From positions 26,569 to 90,568 of the forward strand of contig JAURFE010000001.1 of the NCBI GenBank assembly GCA_030827135.1: a stretch of DNA of 64,000 nt. Direction: 5' to 3'. This DNA comes from Vicinamibacterales bacterium. GTDB lineage: Bacteria; Acidobacteriota; Vicinamibacteria; Vicinamibacterales; SCN-69-37. Every line of letters begins with the position of its first letter. Positions within the stretch are counted from its first letter, which is position 1. A program made the position numbers and the translations under genes. Below, in pieces: positions 53,439 to 62,986 of this stretch. Below the pieces are notes generated by a model. That model was not told where the DNA came from, did no database searches, and saw only the letters and a list, made by a program, of their open reading frames with translations.

Positions 53439-54931
53439 AGCCCGAGTTCCACTAACGTGCGCACCGCCACGCCGGTCGCCCCTTTGGCCTGATAGGCGCG
53501 GCGTTCTTCGGCCCAGGCGGTGCCGGCGATATCGAGGTGCGCCCACGGGCGGTCCTTCACGAACTCGCGCAGGAACATCGCTGCCGTGCTGGCTCCGGCC
53601 CAGCGCCCCGCGGAGTTGAGCATGTCCGCGATCTCGCTCTTGAGGAGTTCGCGATATTCCTCGTGCAGCGGCAGGTGCCACAAGCGGTCGCCCGCCAAGG
53701 TGCCCGCGTTCTGCACGGTCTCCACCCAGGCATCCGGCGTACCGAAGAGGCCCGATGACGTGCGCCCAAGCGCCACCATGCACGCGCCCGTCAACGTCGC
53801 AATGTCGACCAGATGAGTGGCGCCGAGTTCCTGCGCGTACCAGATGGCATCACCGAGGATCAGCCGGCCCTCCGCATCGGTGTTGATGATTTCGACCGTG
53901 GTGCCGCTCGCCGCGGTCAACACGTCGCCCGGGCGCACAGCCTTGCCGCCCACCATGTTCTCCGCCATGGGGATGACCCCGATCACGCGGCGCGGGGCCT
54001 TGAGCAGGGCCAATGCCCGCATGGCGCCGGCCACAGCGGCGCCACCGGACATGTCGTATTTCATCCGCTCCATGCCTTCGGCCGGCTTGATCGACACGCC
54101 GCCGGTATCGAAGGTGATGCCCTTGCCGATGAAACCGAGCACCGGAGACGCCGGGGCGCCGGGCGGATCGTGCCGGATCACCACCAGGCGCGGCGGCTCG
54201 GCACTGCCCTGCGCCACCCCGAGCAACATGCCCATCTTCAAGGCACGAATCTGCTGCTCGTCGAGCACCTCGACCTTCAGGCCCACCTCGGTGGCCACGG
54301 CGGCCACCCGCTCTGCAAACACCCGGGGCGTCAACACGTTGGAGGGCTCGTTCGCCAGCTCGCGCGTGACGTTGGCCGAGGCCCCGAGCGTGCGTCCGCG
54401 GAACACCGCCTCGGCCAGCGCCGTCGGGTCGGCCGCGGGCGACACGATGACGATGCGCTCCGGAAAACCACGGGTATCGCGATCGGACTTGTAGGTCCCC
54501 GCGTCGAACTCCGCCGTGGACATCCCGTCGGCGCCAATTTCGGCCACGCGAATCGGATCCAGTCCGGCGCGCACCACAAACGCGGCAGACCGCGCGGACC
54601 GGATGCGCGCCGTGTAACTGCAGGCCGCCGCCACCCGGCGCAGGCGTTCGGCATCGGCGTCCTCGCGCCGTCCCGCTCCCACGAGCGCCAGACGCAGGGC
54701 CCGGTACGGCCCGCCAGTGACCCGCGCGATGAACAGTTCGTACAACCGGCCACGAAACTCTGACGACTCGCGTGCGCGCGAGATATCGCCGCCTGTGGCC
54801 GTGTCCAGCCCCGGGAGATCCTCAAGCGGGTCCGTGCCTTCGAACACCGGCACAAACAACATGTCGACGTCGACTGATTCCGGCTTTCCCGCGACACCCG
54901 AATATTCAGGTGATGCCTTCTCGTGCCCCAA
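53423..54931 (-). CDS. pepA: leucyl aminopeptidase (M17)
   Basis: 502-aa ORF with a TTG start. N-terminus aligns with E. coli PepA (EYSGVAGKPESVDVDMLFVPVFE). Catalytic motif NTDAEGRL. Confidence 0.9.
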   Translation of the reverse strand: MGHEKASPEYSGVAGKPESVDVDMLFVPVFEGTDPLEDLPGLDTATGGDISRARESSEFRGRLYELFIARVTGGPYRALRLALVGAGRREDADAERLRRVAAACSYTARIRSARSAAFVVRAGLDPIRVAEIGADGMSTAEFDAGTYKSDRDTRGFPERIVIVSPAADPTALAEAVFRGRTLGASANVTRELANEPSNVLTPRVFAERVAAVATEVGLKVEVLDEQQIRALKMGMLLGVAQGSAEPPRLVVIRHDPPGAPASPVLGFIGKGITFDTGGVSIKPAEGMERMKYDMSGGAAVAGAMRALALLKAPRRVIGVIPMAENMVGGKAVRPGDVLTAASGTTVEIINTDAEGRLILGDAIWYAQELGATHLVDIATLTGACMVALGRTSSGLFGTPDAWVETVQNAGTLAGDRLWHLPLHEEYRELLKSEIADMLNSAGRWAGASTAAMFLREFVKDRPWAHLDIAGTAWAEERRAYQAKGATGVAVRTLVELGLRTHI

Positions 54932-54976
54932 CGCGCTGCCCCTTTGGTAGACTGCCGAGTAACCGTGAGATCACCC

Positions 54977-55402
54977 ATGTTACCCCGGCTGGCCTGGCTC
55001 CTCTGCCTGGTTGGTACACTGATCGTCTTTCCGACCTGGCCCCCCGCGGTGTCCGGCGATGGGGCCCAGGGCAAGGGCAAACCGAAGGCCGCGCTGCGGG
55101 TGAACCCGGCCCTCATTTTTGTGCCGCAGCGCATCGTGGCCACCGCAGAACTGACCGGCGGCGCCGACGATTTCCAGGACTACTATTGCCCCAAGATCGA
55201 GTGGATTTGGGACGACACCACCACCTCGGAGTCTACTGAGGACTGCGCAGCCTATGAACCCGGCACGAGCACCATCCGGCGCCGGTACACCGCTGACCAC
55301 ACCTACAAGGATCCGGGCAACTACGACGTCGTCTTCCGGATGAAACAGGGCAGCAAGATCGTCCTGTCACTGCGCCAGACGGTCCGCGCGCAGGGACACT
55401 AG
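54977..55402 (+). CDS. hypothetical secreted protein with PKD-like motif
   Basis: Start taken at MLPRLAWLLCLVGTLIVF. Contains HTYKDPGNYDVVF. Confidence 0.55.
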   Translation: MLPRLAWLLCLVGTLIVFPTWPPAVSGDGAQGKGKPKAALRVNPALIFVPQRIVATAELTGGADDFQDYYCPKIEWIWDDTTTSESTEDCAAYEPGTSTIRRRYTADHTYKDPGNYDVVFRMKQGSKIVLSLRQTVRAQGH

Positions 55403-55467
55403 GGGTCCAGGGGTCCAGGGGTCCAGGGGTCCAGGGGTCCAGGGGTCCAAGGGGTCCAAGGGGTTCG
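55402..55467. repeat. octanucleotide tandem array (GGGGTCCA x5, then GGGGTCCAA x2 and a degenerate unit)
   Basis: Read directly from the sequence. It begins at the stop codon of the upstream gene. Confidence 0.85.
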
Positions 55468-55493
55468 TAGGGCGCGCTGGGTTGTAGCGCGCC
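55468..55493. repeat. REP-like palindromic element (TAGGGCGCGCTGGGTTGTAGCGCGCC)
   Basis: 8-bp stem GGCGCGCT/AGCGCGCC with loop gggttgt. Same family as 45416-45478. Confidence 0.7.
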
Positions 55494-55513
55494 ACCTCAC
55501 GCAGCGCGCCACT

Positions 55514-57442
55514 TCAGGTGCGCAGTTCGTCCCGATCCGCAAAGTACCGGAGCGCGTCGGGATTCGCGAGCGCCTCGCGGTTCTTCACGGGCTGACCGTG
55601 AATGACGTTACGCACGGCCAGTTCGACCAGCTTGCCGCTCTTGGTTCTCGGCAGTTCGGGCACCTGAAGAATCTTCGCGGGAGCGTGCCGCGGCGACGTG
55701 TTCCGCCGGATCTGCGTCGCGATGGCCTTCCGCATGGTGTCGTCGAGCACAAGCCCGTCACGCAGGCGGACGAACAACACGATCCGCTCGTCCCCCTCCC
55801 ACTGCTGCCCGACGGCCAGACTTTCGATGACCTCCGGGAGTTGCTCCACCTGCCGGTAGATCTCGGCGGTCCCAATGCGCACACCGCCGGGGTTCAGTGT
55901 CGCATCCGACCGCCCGTGGATCACAAACCCACCGTGTGCGGTCCGTTCGGCCCAATCCCCATGACACCAGGCACCAGGAAACCGTTCGAAATACGCGGCG
56001 CGATACTTGTCGCCGGCCGGATCGTTCCAGAATCCAATCGGCATCGACGGAAACGGAGCCGTGCACACCAGTTCGCCCTGACCGCTTCCGGGCACCACAG
56101 ACTTGCCGTCGCCATCCCACACGTCCACGGCCATGCCCAGCCCCGGCCCCTGAATCTCGCCGCGCCACACGGGCTCGGTCGGCACACCGCCAACAAAACA
56201 ACTCACGATGTCGGTGCCGCCGGAGATCGACGCGAGATGGACGTCCGCCTTGATGCCGTCGTACACAAAATCAAAACTCTCCGGCGACAGCGGGGATCCG
56301 GTGGACGTGATCGTGCGGACGGTGCCGAGGTCGTGTGTCTCACGCGGCCGAAGCCCGGCCTTCGCCACGGCATCGATGAATTTCGCAGACGTGCCAAACA
56401 ACGTCACGCCATGCGCCTGCGCGAGATCAAACAGCCGACTTCCATCGGGATAAAACGGCGAGCCGTCATACAAGACGATGGTCGCGCCGGATGCGAGCGC
56501 CGACACCAGCCAGTTCCACATCATCCACCCACAGGTCGTGAAGTAAAACACGCGGTCGCCGGCCCGCACGTCAGCGTGCAACTGGTGTTCCTTCAGGTGC
56601 TGCAGGAGCGTGCCGCCATGGCCATGCACGATGCACTTGGGCACGCCGGTCGTCCCCGACGAATACAGCACGTACAGCGGGTGGTTGAAAGACACTCTGG
56701 TCCAAAGGTCCAGGGTCCAGGGTCCAGGGTTCGCGGTCCAGGGGTCCAGAGGTCCAGAGGTCCTGGAGTCCACGATGAACGTCTGACGGAGTGTCGGGAG
56801 TCGTGTCGTGATCTCGCTGAGCTTCGGCCGACAGTCGTGATACTTGCCGCCGTAGTGATAGCCGGCAACGGCGACGAGGACCTTGGGTTCAATCTGGCCG
56901 AACCGATCGATCACGCCCTGCACACCAAAATCCGGTGAGCACGACGACCAGACCGCGCCGAGTGAGGCCGCGGCAAGCGCGGCAATGACGGCCTCGGGCA
57001 CGTTCGCCATAAATCCGGCGACCCGATCCCCCGACTCCACGCCGGCCGCGCGGAACGCCGTCGCGCACGCCGCGACCTCACGGCGCAACTCGCGCCACGT
57101 CAGCCGACGCTCCTCGCCGGTTTCATCCACCGCCAGAATCGCCAACCCCTCGTCATCGCGGCGCAACAGGTTCTCGGCGACGTTGATGCGCGCGTCCGGA
57201 AAAAACTGCGCCCCGGGCATTTGGTCGCCATCCACAACCGGGCGCGCACCCTTGTCGCCGACCACTCCGCAAAAATCCCAGATCGCGGACCAGAACTCGG
57301 CACGATGCGTGATGGACCATGCGTGAAGCGCGTGGTAGTCGGGAAACGCCTGCCCCGTCCGGGCGGTGACCAAGGCTGTGAAACGGGACAGCGCGGCGGC
57401 GTCGATTCGCGCCGGGTCCGGGGTCCACAGCGGGCTCGCCAT
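55514..57442 (-). CDS. acetoacetate-CoA ligase (acetoacetyl-CoA synthetase) carrying a repeat-encoded insertion
   Basis: Start at [10 protein letters not shown] (ATG 57442). AMP-binding motif [14 protein letters not shown], preceded by the repeat-derived segment [20 protein letters not shown]. Confidence 0.9.
   Translation of the reverse strand: MASPLWTPDPARIDAAALSRFTALVTARTGQAFPDYHALHAWSITHRAEFWSAIWDFCGVVGDKGARPVVDGDQMPGAQFFPDARINVAENLLRRDDEGLAILAVDETGEERRLTWRELRREVAACATAFRAAGVESGDRVAGFMANVPEAVIAALAAASLGAVWSSCSPDFGVQGVIDRFGQIEPKVLVAVAGYHYGGKYHDCRPKLSEITTRLPTLRQTFIVDSRTSGPLDPWTANPGPWTLDLWTRVSFNHPLYVLYSSGTTGVPKCIVHGHGGTLLQHLKEHQLHADVRAGDRVFYFTTCGWMMWNWLVSALASGATIVLYDGSPFYPDGSRLFDLAQAHGVTLFGTSAKFIDAVAKAGLRPRETHDLGTVRTITSTGSPLSPESFDFVYDGIKADVHLASISGGTDIVSCFVGGVPTEPVWRGEIQGPGLGMAVDVWDGDGKSVVPGSGQGELVCTAPFPSMPIGFWNDPAGDKYRAAYFERFPGAWCHGDWAERTAHGGFVIHGRSDATLNPGGVRIGTAEIYRQVEQLPEVIESLAVGQQWEGDERIVLFVRLRDGLVLDDTMRKAIATQIRRNTSPRHAPAKILQVPELPRTKSGKLVELAVRNVIHGQPVKNREALANPDALRYFADRDELRT
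56699..56774. repeat. degenerate GGTCCAG(G) tandem array (7-9-bp units, ~10 units) inside the acetoacetyl-CoA synthetase gene
   Basis: ggtccaaa ggtccag ggtccag ggtccag ggttcgc ggtccag gggtccaga ggtccaga ggtcctgga gtccacg. Confidence 0.8.
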
Positions 57443-57449
57443 TTCCGGG

Positions 57450-58298
57450 TCAGGCTTTCTTGAGCGCCCGGGCGCGCTCAAACAGGTCGCGCACGGAGGG
57501 CGCATCCATCAGCGCCTGCGACGACGTTGGAAGTTTGGCGGCGATGCCGTGTAATGCCTCGGCAATGAAGTCGGCGTTGGTGGAGAGGATGCCCTGCCAC
57601 ACGTCGGACGAACTGGAGGCCAGACGCGTCATGTCGGCAAACCCGGACCCGGACCAGGCCACGCCATCTGGTCCAACCGCTTCCCCCGACGCCGCCATCA
57701 AGGCGGTGGACACCACTTGCGGCGCGTGGCTCACGTGCGCCATCACGCGATCGTGCGTGACGGCATCGGTCCACGAGGGCTTTGCGCCCAGAGCCACAGT
57801 GAAGGTGGTCAGCATCGCTTCCACGGCGTCCCCCGCGTCGTCCGCGCCGCCCGTCGTCGCGGAGACCAGCAGCCATGGTTTGCCGTCGAACAGATCCGCG
57901 CGCGCGGCCGCGAGTCCTGAGGATTCCGATCCTGCCACGGGATGTCCCCCCACAAAGGTTAATCGCGTACGCGCGGCAGCCTCCATCACAGTGCGCTTCG
58001 TGCTTGAGACATCCGTCACCAGCGCGCGAGTGCCGGTCAGCGCCAGCACCTCGAGCACATGCGGCACGGTCTGCACAGGGGTGGCGATGATGATGAGGTC
58101 GGAGGCCGTGAGGTCTTCGATGTGATCGACGACTGCGGTAATCGCTCCCTGGGACACCGCCTCGTGCGTGATCGGCGCCGGGTCACACGCGGTGATGTGC
58201 AACCCGGGCCAGCAGCGGCGGGCCGCCAGCGCCACGGAACCGCCGATCAGGCCGAGCCCAATGATGCCGACGCGCTCAAAGGGCGGCGCCCCGATCAC
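57450..58298 (-). CDS. tyrA: prephenate/arogenate dehydrogenase
   Basis: 282-aa ORF with a GTG start. NAD motif ([10 protein letters not shown]) and GGHPVAGSE. Confidence 0.85.
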   Translation of the reverse strand: MIGAPPFERVGIIGLGLIGGSVALAARRCWPGLHITACDPAPITHEAVSQGAITAVVDHIEDLTASDLIIIATPVQTVPHVLEVLALTGTRALVTDVSSTKRTVMEAAARTRLTFVGGHPVAGSESSGLAAARADLFDGKPWLLVSATTGGADDAGDAVEAMLTTFTVALGAKPSWTDAVTHDRVMAHVSHAPQVVSTALMAASGEAVGPDGVAWSGSGFADMTRLASSSSDVWQGILSTNADFIAEALHGIAAKLPTSSQALMDAPSVRDLFERARALKKA

Positions 58299-58300
58299 GT

Positions 58301-59347
58301 TCAGCGTCCCCAGCCGCGACGAGCCACGGACTCGACGCAGATACTGCGACCGATCGCTGGCGCAATGATCCGCAATTCCGCCATGAGCTGATCGAACTGC
58401 TGCGGGAAGAGCGACTGTGCACCGTCGGACTGGGCGTGGTCGGGGTCACAATGCACTTCAATGAGCAGGCCGTCGCAGCCTGCGGCCACGGCCGCGCGCG
58501 CCATCGCGGCGACCTTGTCGCGCCGGCCGGTGCCATGGCTCGGGTCCGCGATCACCGGGAGGTGGCTCAACTGCTGCACGACAGGAATGGCGGAGACGTC
58601 GAACGTGTTCCGCGTGTAACTCTCGAACGTGCGGATCCCGCGCTCACACAGCATGACCTCGCGGTTGCCGCCGGCCAGGATGTACTCCGCCGACATCAGC
58701 CATTCCTCGATGGTGGCGGACAGGCCGCGCTTGAGGAGTACCGGCTTGCGCACCTTCCCGAGTTCCCGCAACAGCGAATAGTTCTGCATGTTGCGCGCGC
58801 CGACCTGCAGGATGTCCGCGTACTGCTGGACAACCTCGATCTGGGCGATCTCCATCACCTCCGTGATGAGCTTCAGGTCGTGGCGGTCCGCCGACGCCCG
58901 GAGCATCTTCAGCCCGTCTTCGCCGAGGCCCTGGAAACTGTAGGGGGAACTGCGCGGTTTGAACGCGCCGCCCCGGAAGATCTTGGCCCCCGCCCGCTTG
59001 ACGGCGATTGCGCTGGCCTCGACCTGCGCCTCGGTTTCCGCAGAACAGGGCCCCGCCATCACCACGACTTCGTCGCCGCCGATACGGACGTCACCGATCG
59101 TGATGACTGTGTTTTCCGGCTTGAACGTGCGACTGGCCAGCTTGTACGGCACACTGATGCGCAACACTTCGTGCACACCCTCCCGCACGCCGATCAACGC
59201 GGGATCGCCGTGCCCGCCTCCGACCGCCCCAATCACCACCCGATTGGCGCCGCTCGAGCGATGGATGTCGTATCCCATCTCCAGCAACTGCGCAATAACC
59301 GCCTCCACCTGGGCTTCGGTTGCGCGTTCCTGCATCACCACGACCAT
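58301..59347 (-). CDS. 3-deoxy-7-phosphoheptulonate (DAHP) synthase, type I-beta, with N-terminal ferredoxin-like regulatory domain
   Basis: 348-aa ORF (GPCSAE...[19 protein letters not shown]...[10 protein letters not shown]). Confidence 0.9.
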   Translation of the reverse strand: MVVVMQERATEAQVEAVIAQLLEMGYDIHRSSGANRVVIGAVGGGHGDPALIGVREGVHEVLRISVPYKLASRTFKPENTVITIGDVRIGGDEVVVMAGPCSAETEAQVEASAIAVKRAGAKIFRGGAFKPRSSPYSFQGLGEDGLKMLRASADRHDLKLITEVMEIAQIEVVQQYADILQVGARNMQNYSLLRELGKVRKPVLLKRGLSATIEEWLMSAEYILAGGNREVMLCERGIRTFESYTRNTFDVSAIPVVQQLSHLPVIADPSHGTGRRDKVAAMARAAVAAGCDGLLIEVHCDPDHAQSDGAQSLFPQQFDQLMAELRIIAPAIGRSICVESVARRGWGR

Positions 59348-59386
59348 GTCTGTACCTGCACCTTCGTTCGCGAACGTCCTTAGATT

Positions 59387-59572
59387 CTACCGGGCTTTCG
59401 AGGCCTCGCGGTCGAGCCGCCGGCCCTCGTCAATAATCCGCTCAAACACTCGGGTGACCGCCCCGGCATCGAGTGGCCCGGTATTCACGGCCCGGACGAG
59501 GGCGAGCACATCGACTTCCCGTGTGGTCTGGTCGATCGGCTAGATCGGCAGGTCCAGTTCGTCCACACTCAT
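59387..59572 (-). pseudogene. AroQ-type chorismate mutase remnant with in-frame TAG and internal deletion
   Basis: Reads [60 protein letters not shown]. The ATG overlaps the trpA stop (ATGA). The C-terminal half matches CM helices 2-3, but most of helix 1 is absent. Confidence 0.6.
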
Positions 59573-60351
59573 CCCTTCAGCCATCGCACAAACGTGCCGG
59601 CCGCGCGCGCTTCATCGCCCGGCGCGGCCTCGGCGATGACCTGCACCAGCGCGCTGCCGACCACCGCGGCGTCGGCATACGCACACGTTTCGCGCACGTG
59701 CTCGGGTTGCGAGATGCCGAACCCCAGCGCGACCGGCACATCCGTCACCGCGCGGATCTGATCCACCACCGGCCGGGCCGTTCCGGCCACCGCGTCACGC
59801 GCGCCGGTGACGCCCAGTCGGGAAATCGCATAGAGGAACCCGCGCCCGAGACCCGCCGCCGTCCGCAGGCGTTCGGTCGTCGTCGTCGGGCTGATGAGAA
59901 AGATCATGTCGAGCCCTCGACTGTCGAGGGCCGCGTGCATCTCGCCGGCCTCCTCAATCGGGAGGTCCAGCAGCAGCACGCCGTCCACGCCGGCCGCCGC
60001 GGCCGCCTCCACAAACCGCGCCGTGCCCATCCGCGCGACAGGATTCACGTAGGTGAACAAGACGATCGGCGTTTCAATCGTCGCCCGCAGATCGTCCACC
60101 ATCGCCAGCACGGATGTCAGCGACGTCCCTGCCGCCAGCGCCCGTTCTGACGCCCGCTGAATCACCGGCCCATCGGCAATGGGATCCGAAAACGGCACGC
60201 CGATCTCAATGACGTCCGCGCCGGCCTCAGCGATCGCGCGCACCACCGCTTTCGATCGATCCATATCCGGATCGCCCGCGGTGATGTAACAGACCAGGCC
60301 GGCTGTTTTCTCGCGCCGGATCCGTGCGAATGCCTCCGCGAGCCGGCTCAT
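59569..60351 (-). CDS. trpA: tryptophan synthase alpha chain
   Basis: 260-aa ORF ([18 protein letters not shown]...; GFGISQPEH). Confidence 0.95.
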   Translation of the reverse strand: MSRLAEAFARIRREKTAGLVCYITAGDPDMDRSKAVVRAIAEAGADVIEIGVPFSDPIADGPVIQRASERALAAGTSLTSVLAMVDDLRATIETPIVLFTYVNPVARMGTARFVEAAAAAGVDGVLLLDLPIEEAGEMHAALDSRGLDMIFLISPTTTTERLRTAAGLGRGFLYAISRLGVTGARDAVAGTARPVVDQIRAVTDVPVALGFGISQPEHVRETCAYADAAVVGSALVQVIAEAAPGDEARAAGTFVRWLKG

Positions 60352-62192
60352 CGCCCACCCCCGGACCCCTGAACCTGAAGAAGTTCTCGCACGGTGTCGA
60401 CGTCTTTATCCCCTCGCCCCGAGAGGTTGAGGATCACGATGGCACCTGCCGGAAAGTCCTTGAGATGCTCCTGCACCCAGGCCGCCGCGTGAGACGACTC
60501 CAACGCCGGCAGCAGGCCTTCATTGCGTGCCAGCCACGTAAACCCGCGCAACGCGGCGTCATCGTCGACCCACGCGTATTCCGTGCGCCCGATGGCGGCG
60601 AGATACGCGTGTTCGGGTCCGACGGACGGATAGTCGAGACCGGCCGAGACCGAGTGTGTCGGGAGGATGTTGCCGTGTGCGTCCTGCAGCAGCAGGCTCC
60701 GAGTGCCGTGCAACACGCCGGCGACGCCGCCGGCAAACCGCGCCGCGTGTGCCCCATCGCGAATCCCGCGGCCGCCCGCCTCGACGCCGATCAACCGTAC
60801 GCCGGAGTCGGCCACAAACGCGTCAAAAATGCCCATCGAGTTGCTGCCTCCGCCGACGCAGGCGACGACGGCATCGGGCAGCCGGCCGGTGTCCCGCAGC
60901 ACCTGGGCGCGGGCCTCCGCACCGATGACCGACTGAAACTCGCGCACCATCAGGGGATACGGATGCGGCCCGAGCACCGACCCGAGGACGTATGCCGTGG
61001 TCGCCACGTTCGCCACCCAGTCGCGCATGGCTTCGTTGATTGCATCCTTCAACGTTCGACTGCCTCCGTCCACCGAGGCCACGGTCGCTCCGAGCACCCG
61101 CATGCGGAACACGTTCAGGGACTGGCGCGCCATGTCGTCGGCCCCCATGTAGACCACGCACTCCAGACCGAGCAACGCACAGGCAGTCGCCGTCGCCACA
61201 CCGTGCTGGCCCGCGCCGGTTTCAGCCACCACCCGGGTCTTCCCCATCCGGCGCGCCAGCAACACCTGGCCGACGGCGTTGTTGATCTTGTGTGCGCCCG
61301 TATGCGCGAGGTCTTCACGTTTGAGAAAGATGCGGACGCCGGACGCCCCGGCCAGGTGTGACGCCTCGTAGAGCGGCGTCGGACGGCCGACAAACGTCGA
61401 CAGCAGGTGTTGCAGCTCTGCGACAAACGACGGCTCCGTCCGCGCGGCGAAGTAGGCCGTCGTCAATTCCTCCACAGGCGCTACCAGCGTCTCGGGGATG
61501 AACCGGCCGCCGAATTCGCCGAAGTACCCGCGCGCATCGGGGTCACGCATGCCGAAGGATGGGCGGATGGGTGGATGGGTGGATGGGTGGATGTTGGCCA
61601 TGAGTTCCTTAATACGGGCGTGGTCCTTGATGCCGGGGCAGGATTCGATGCCTGACGACACGTCGATGCCCCAGGGGCGCACGGCCGTGACGGCGGCACC
61701 CACATTCGCGGCCGAGAGACCTCCGGCAAGCAGGATGGGGCGTGCTGCGGCAATCCGGGCAGCCATGGGCCAGTTTGCCGCTCGCCCTGTGCCGCCGTGT
61801 TGGACGGGATCGTGCGCGTCCACGAGCACGATGACGGACTGCGGTACTGCGAGTGCGGCACACACGTCGGCGTCGGACTGCGGTGCGATGGCTTTGATGA
61901 CCTGCACCCCGAGGGAGAGATACTCGCGCGCGTCCTCGCGGCCGTGCAGTTGGACGGCCGTGAGTCCGGCGAGGCCGACCACCCGCGCGACCTCGGCCAC
62001 CGGGGCATCGACAAACACGCCGACCTTCATCACGCGCGACGGCACGCCAACGGAGATTGCAGCAATCTGTTCCGGCGTGATGGCTCGCGGGCTGCCCGGC
62101 CACAATACAAACCCGAGCGCGTTCGCGCCGGCGGCCACGGCCGCGTCCACATCCTCACGACGTGTCAGTCCGCACATCTTGACGACAGTCAT
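60348..62192 (-). CDS. trpB: single ORF encoding phosphoribosylanthranilate isomerase (TrpF, aa 1-~197) followed by tryptophan synthase beta (TrpB, from ~aa 215)
   Basis: 614-aa ORF. TrpF (VKMCGLT...[16 protein letters not shown]), a linker [15 protein letters not shown], then TrpB ([15 protein letters not shown]...HTGAHKINN). No stop between the two. Internal ATGs at 61601 and 61550 could start TrpB independently. Confidence 0.9.
   Translation of the reverse strand: MTVVKMCGLTRREDVDAAVAAGANALGFVLWPGSPRAITPEQIAAISVGVPSRVMKVGVFVDAPVAEVARVVGLAGLTAVQLHGREDAREYLSLGVQVIKAIAPQSDADVCAALAVPQSVIVLVDAHDPVQHGGTGRAANWPMAARIAAARPILLAGGLSAANVGAAVTAVRPWGIDVSSGIESCPGIKDHARIKELMANIHPSTHPPIRPSFGMRDPDARGYFGEFGGRFIPETLVAPVEELTTAYFAARTEPSFVAELQHLLSTFVGRPTPLYEASHLAGASGVRIFLKREDLAHTGAHKINNAVGQVLLARRMGKTRVVAETGAGQHGVATATACALLGLECVVYMGADDMARQSLNVFRMRVLGATVASVDGGSRTLKDAINEAMRDWVANVATTAYVLGSVLGPHPYPLMVREFQSVIGAEARAQVLRDTGRLPDAVVACVGGGSNSMGIFDAFVADSGVRLIGVEAGGRGIRDGAHAARFAGGVAGVLHGTRSLLLQDAHGNILPTHSVSAGLDYPSVGPEHAYLAAIGRTEYAWVDDDAALRGFTWLARNEGLLPALESSHAAAWVQEHLKDFPAGAIVILNLSGRGDKDVDTVRELLQVQGSGGGR
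61557..61596. repeat. octanucleotide tandem array GGATGGGY x5 at the trpF/trpB junction
   Basis: ggatgggc ggatgggt ggatgggt ggatgggt ggatgttg. On the coding strand it encodes the [10 protein letters not shown] linker. Confidence 0.85.
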
Positions 62193-62986
62193 GCGCAGTC
62201 CTTTGTGAGCGCGCCGAGCGCCGCGCCGGGTTCTGCCGCGGACATGAAGTGCTCACCGATCAGAAACGCGTGATACCCGGCAGCACGCAGTCGCGTGAGA
62301 TCCGCAGCGGTGCGCAGTCCGCTCTCGGCCACTGACGTGACTCCAGCGGGGATCATCCCGACCAGTTCCTCGTGCAGCCCAAGGTTGACCTCGAGCGTCT
62401 TCAGATTGCGGCTGTTGACGCCGACGATGTCTGCGCCCGCGGCGATCGCACGCGTGAGCTCCTCGCGGTCGTGCACCTCCACCAACGCCGCCAGCCCTTC
62501 GGCCTGCGCGCGTCGCAGCAGCCTCGTCAGCTGCCCGTCACCCAGGCCTGCGACGATCAGGAGTATCGCGTCGGCGCCTGCGGCGCGCGCTTCGGTGATC
62601 TGAAACTCGTCGGAGAGAAAGTCCTTGCGCAACACGGGCACGTCCACGGCCGCCCGTACCCGTTCCAGATGGTCGAGGGCCCCGTCAAAGAAGCCGCCCT
62701 CGGTCAGCACGGAGATTGCCGCCGCGCCGGCGTCGGCATAGCCGCGCGCAATGGCCGCCGGATCGTAGTTCACGCGCAGCACGCCCTTGGCGGGCGACCG
62801 TCGCTTGCACTCGGCGATGACCGACATGCCGGGCGCATTCAAGCGCTCGCGAAAGAGCACGCCCCGGGGCTGCCTGGCCGCGGCCGCCCGCTCGACGGCC
62901 GCCCCCTCACGCGCGGCACGCGCGCGCGCCGCCGTGGCGGACGCCGCCATGATGGCCGACAGCAGGTCGCCCGGTGCGGTCCTCAC
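62189..62986 (-). CDS. trpC: indole-3-glycerol-phosphate synthase
   Basis: 265-aa ORF ([13 protein letters not shown]...; LRKDF; GVNSRNL). GTGA overlap with trpD and ATGA overlap with trpF. Confidence 0.95.
   Translation of the reverse strand: MRTAPGDLLSAIMAASATAARARAAREGAAVERAAAARQPRGVLFRERLNAPGMSVIAECKRRSPAKGVLRVNYDPAAIARGYADAGAAAISVLTEGGFFDGALDHLERVRAAVDVPVLRKDFLSDEFQITEARAAGADAILLIVAGLGDGQLTRLLRRAQAEGLAALVEVHDREELTRAIAAGADIVGVNSRNLKTLEVNLGLHEELVGMIPAGVTSVAESGLRTAADLTRLRAAGYHAFLIGEHFMSAAEPGAALGALTKDCA

Noticed and set aside
42547-56774. Short tandem repeats (GGTCCAGG-type, GGATGGGY-type) as a possible CRISPR array
   Set aside because: The period is only 7-9 bp with no unique spacers. The arrays are 40-76 bp long and lie inside ORFs or tiny gaps. 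No cas genes are in the window.
59540-59542. In-frame TAG in the chorismate-mutase-like ORF as programmed read-through or pyrrolysine
   Set aside because: No pyl genes or recoding signals are visible. The ORF also lacks about 30 residues of catalytic helix 1, so decay is the simpler explanation.
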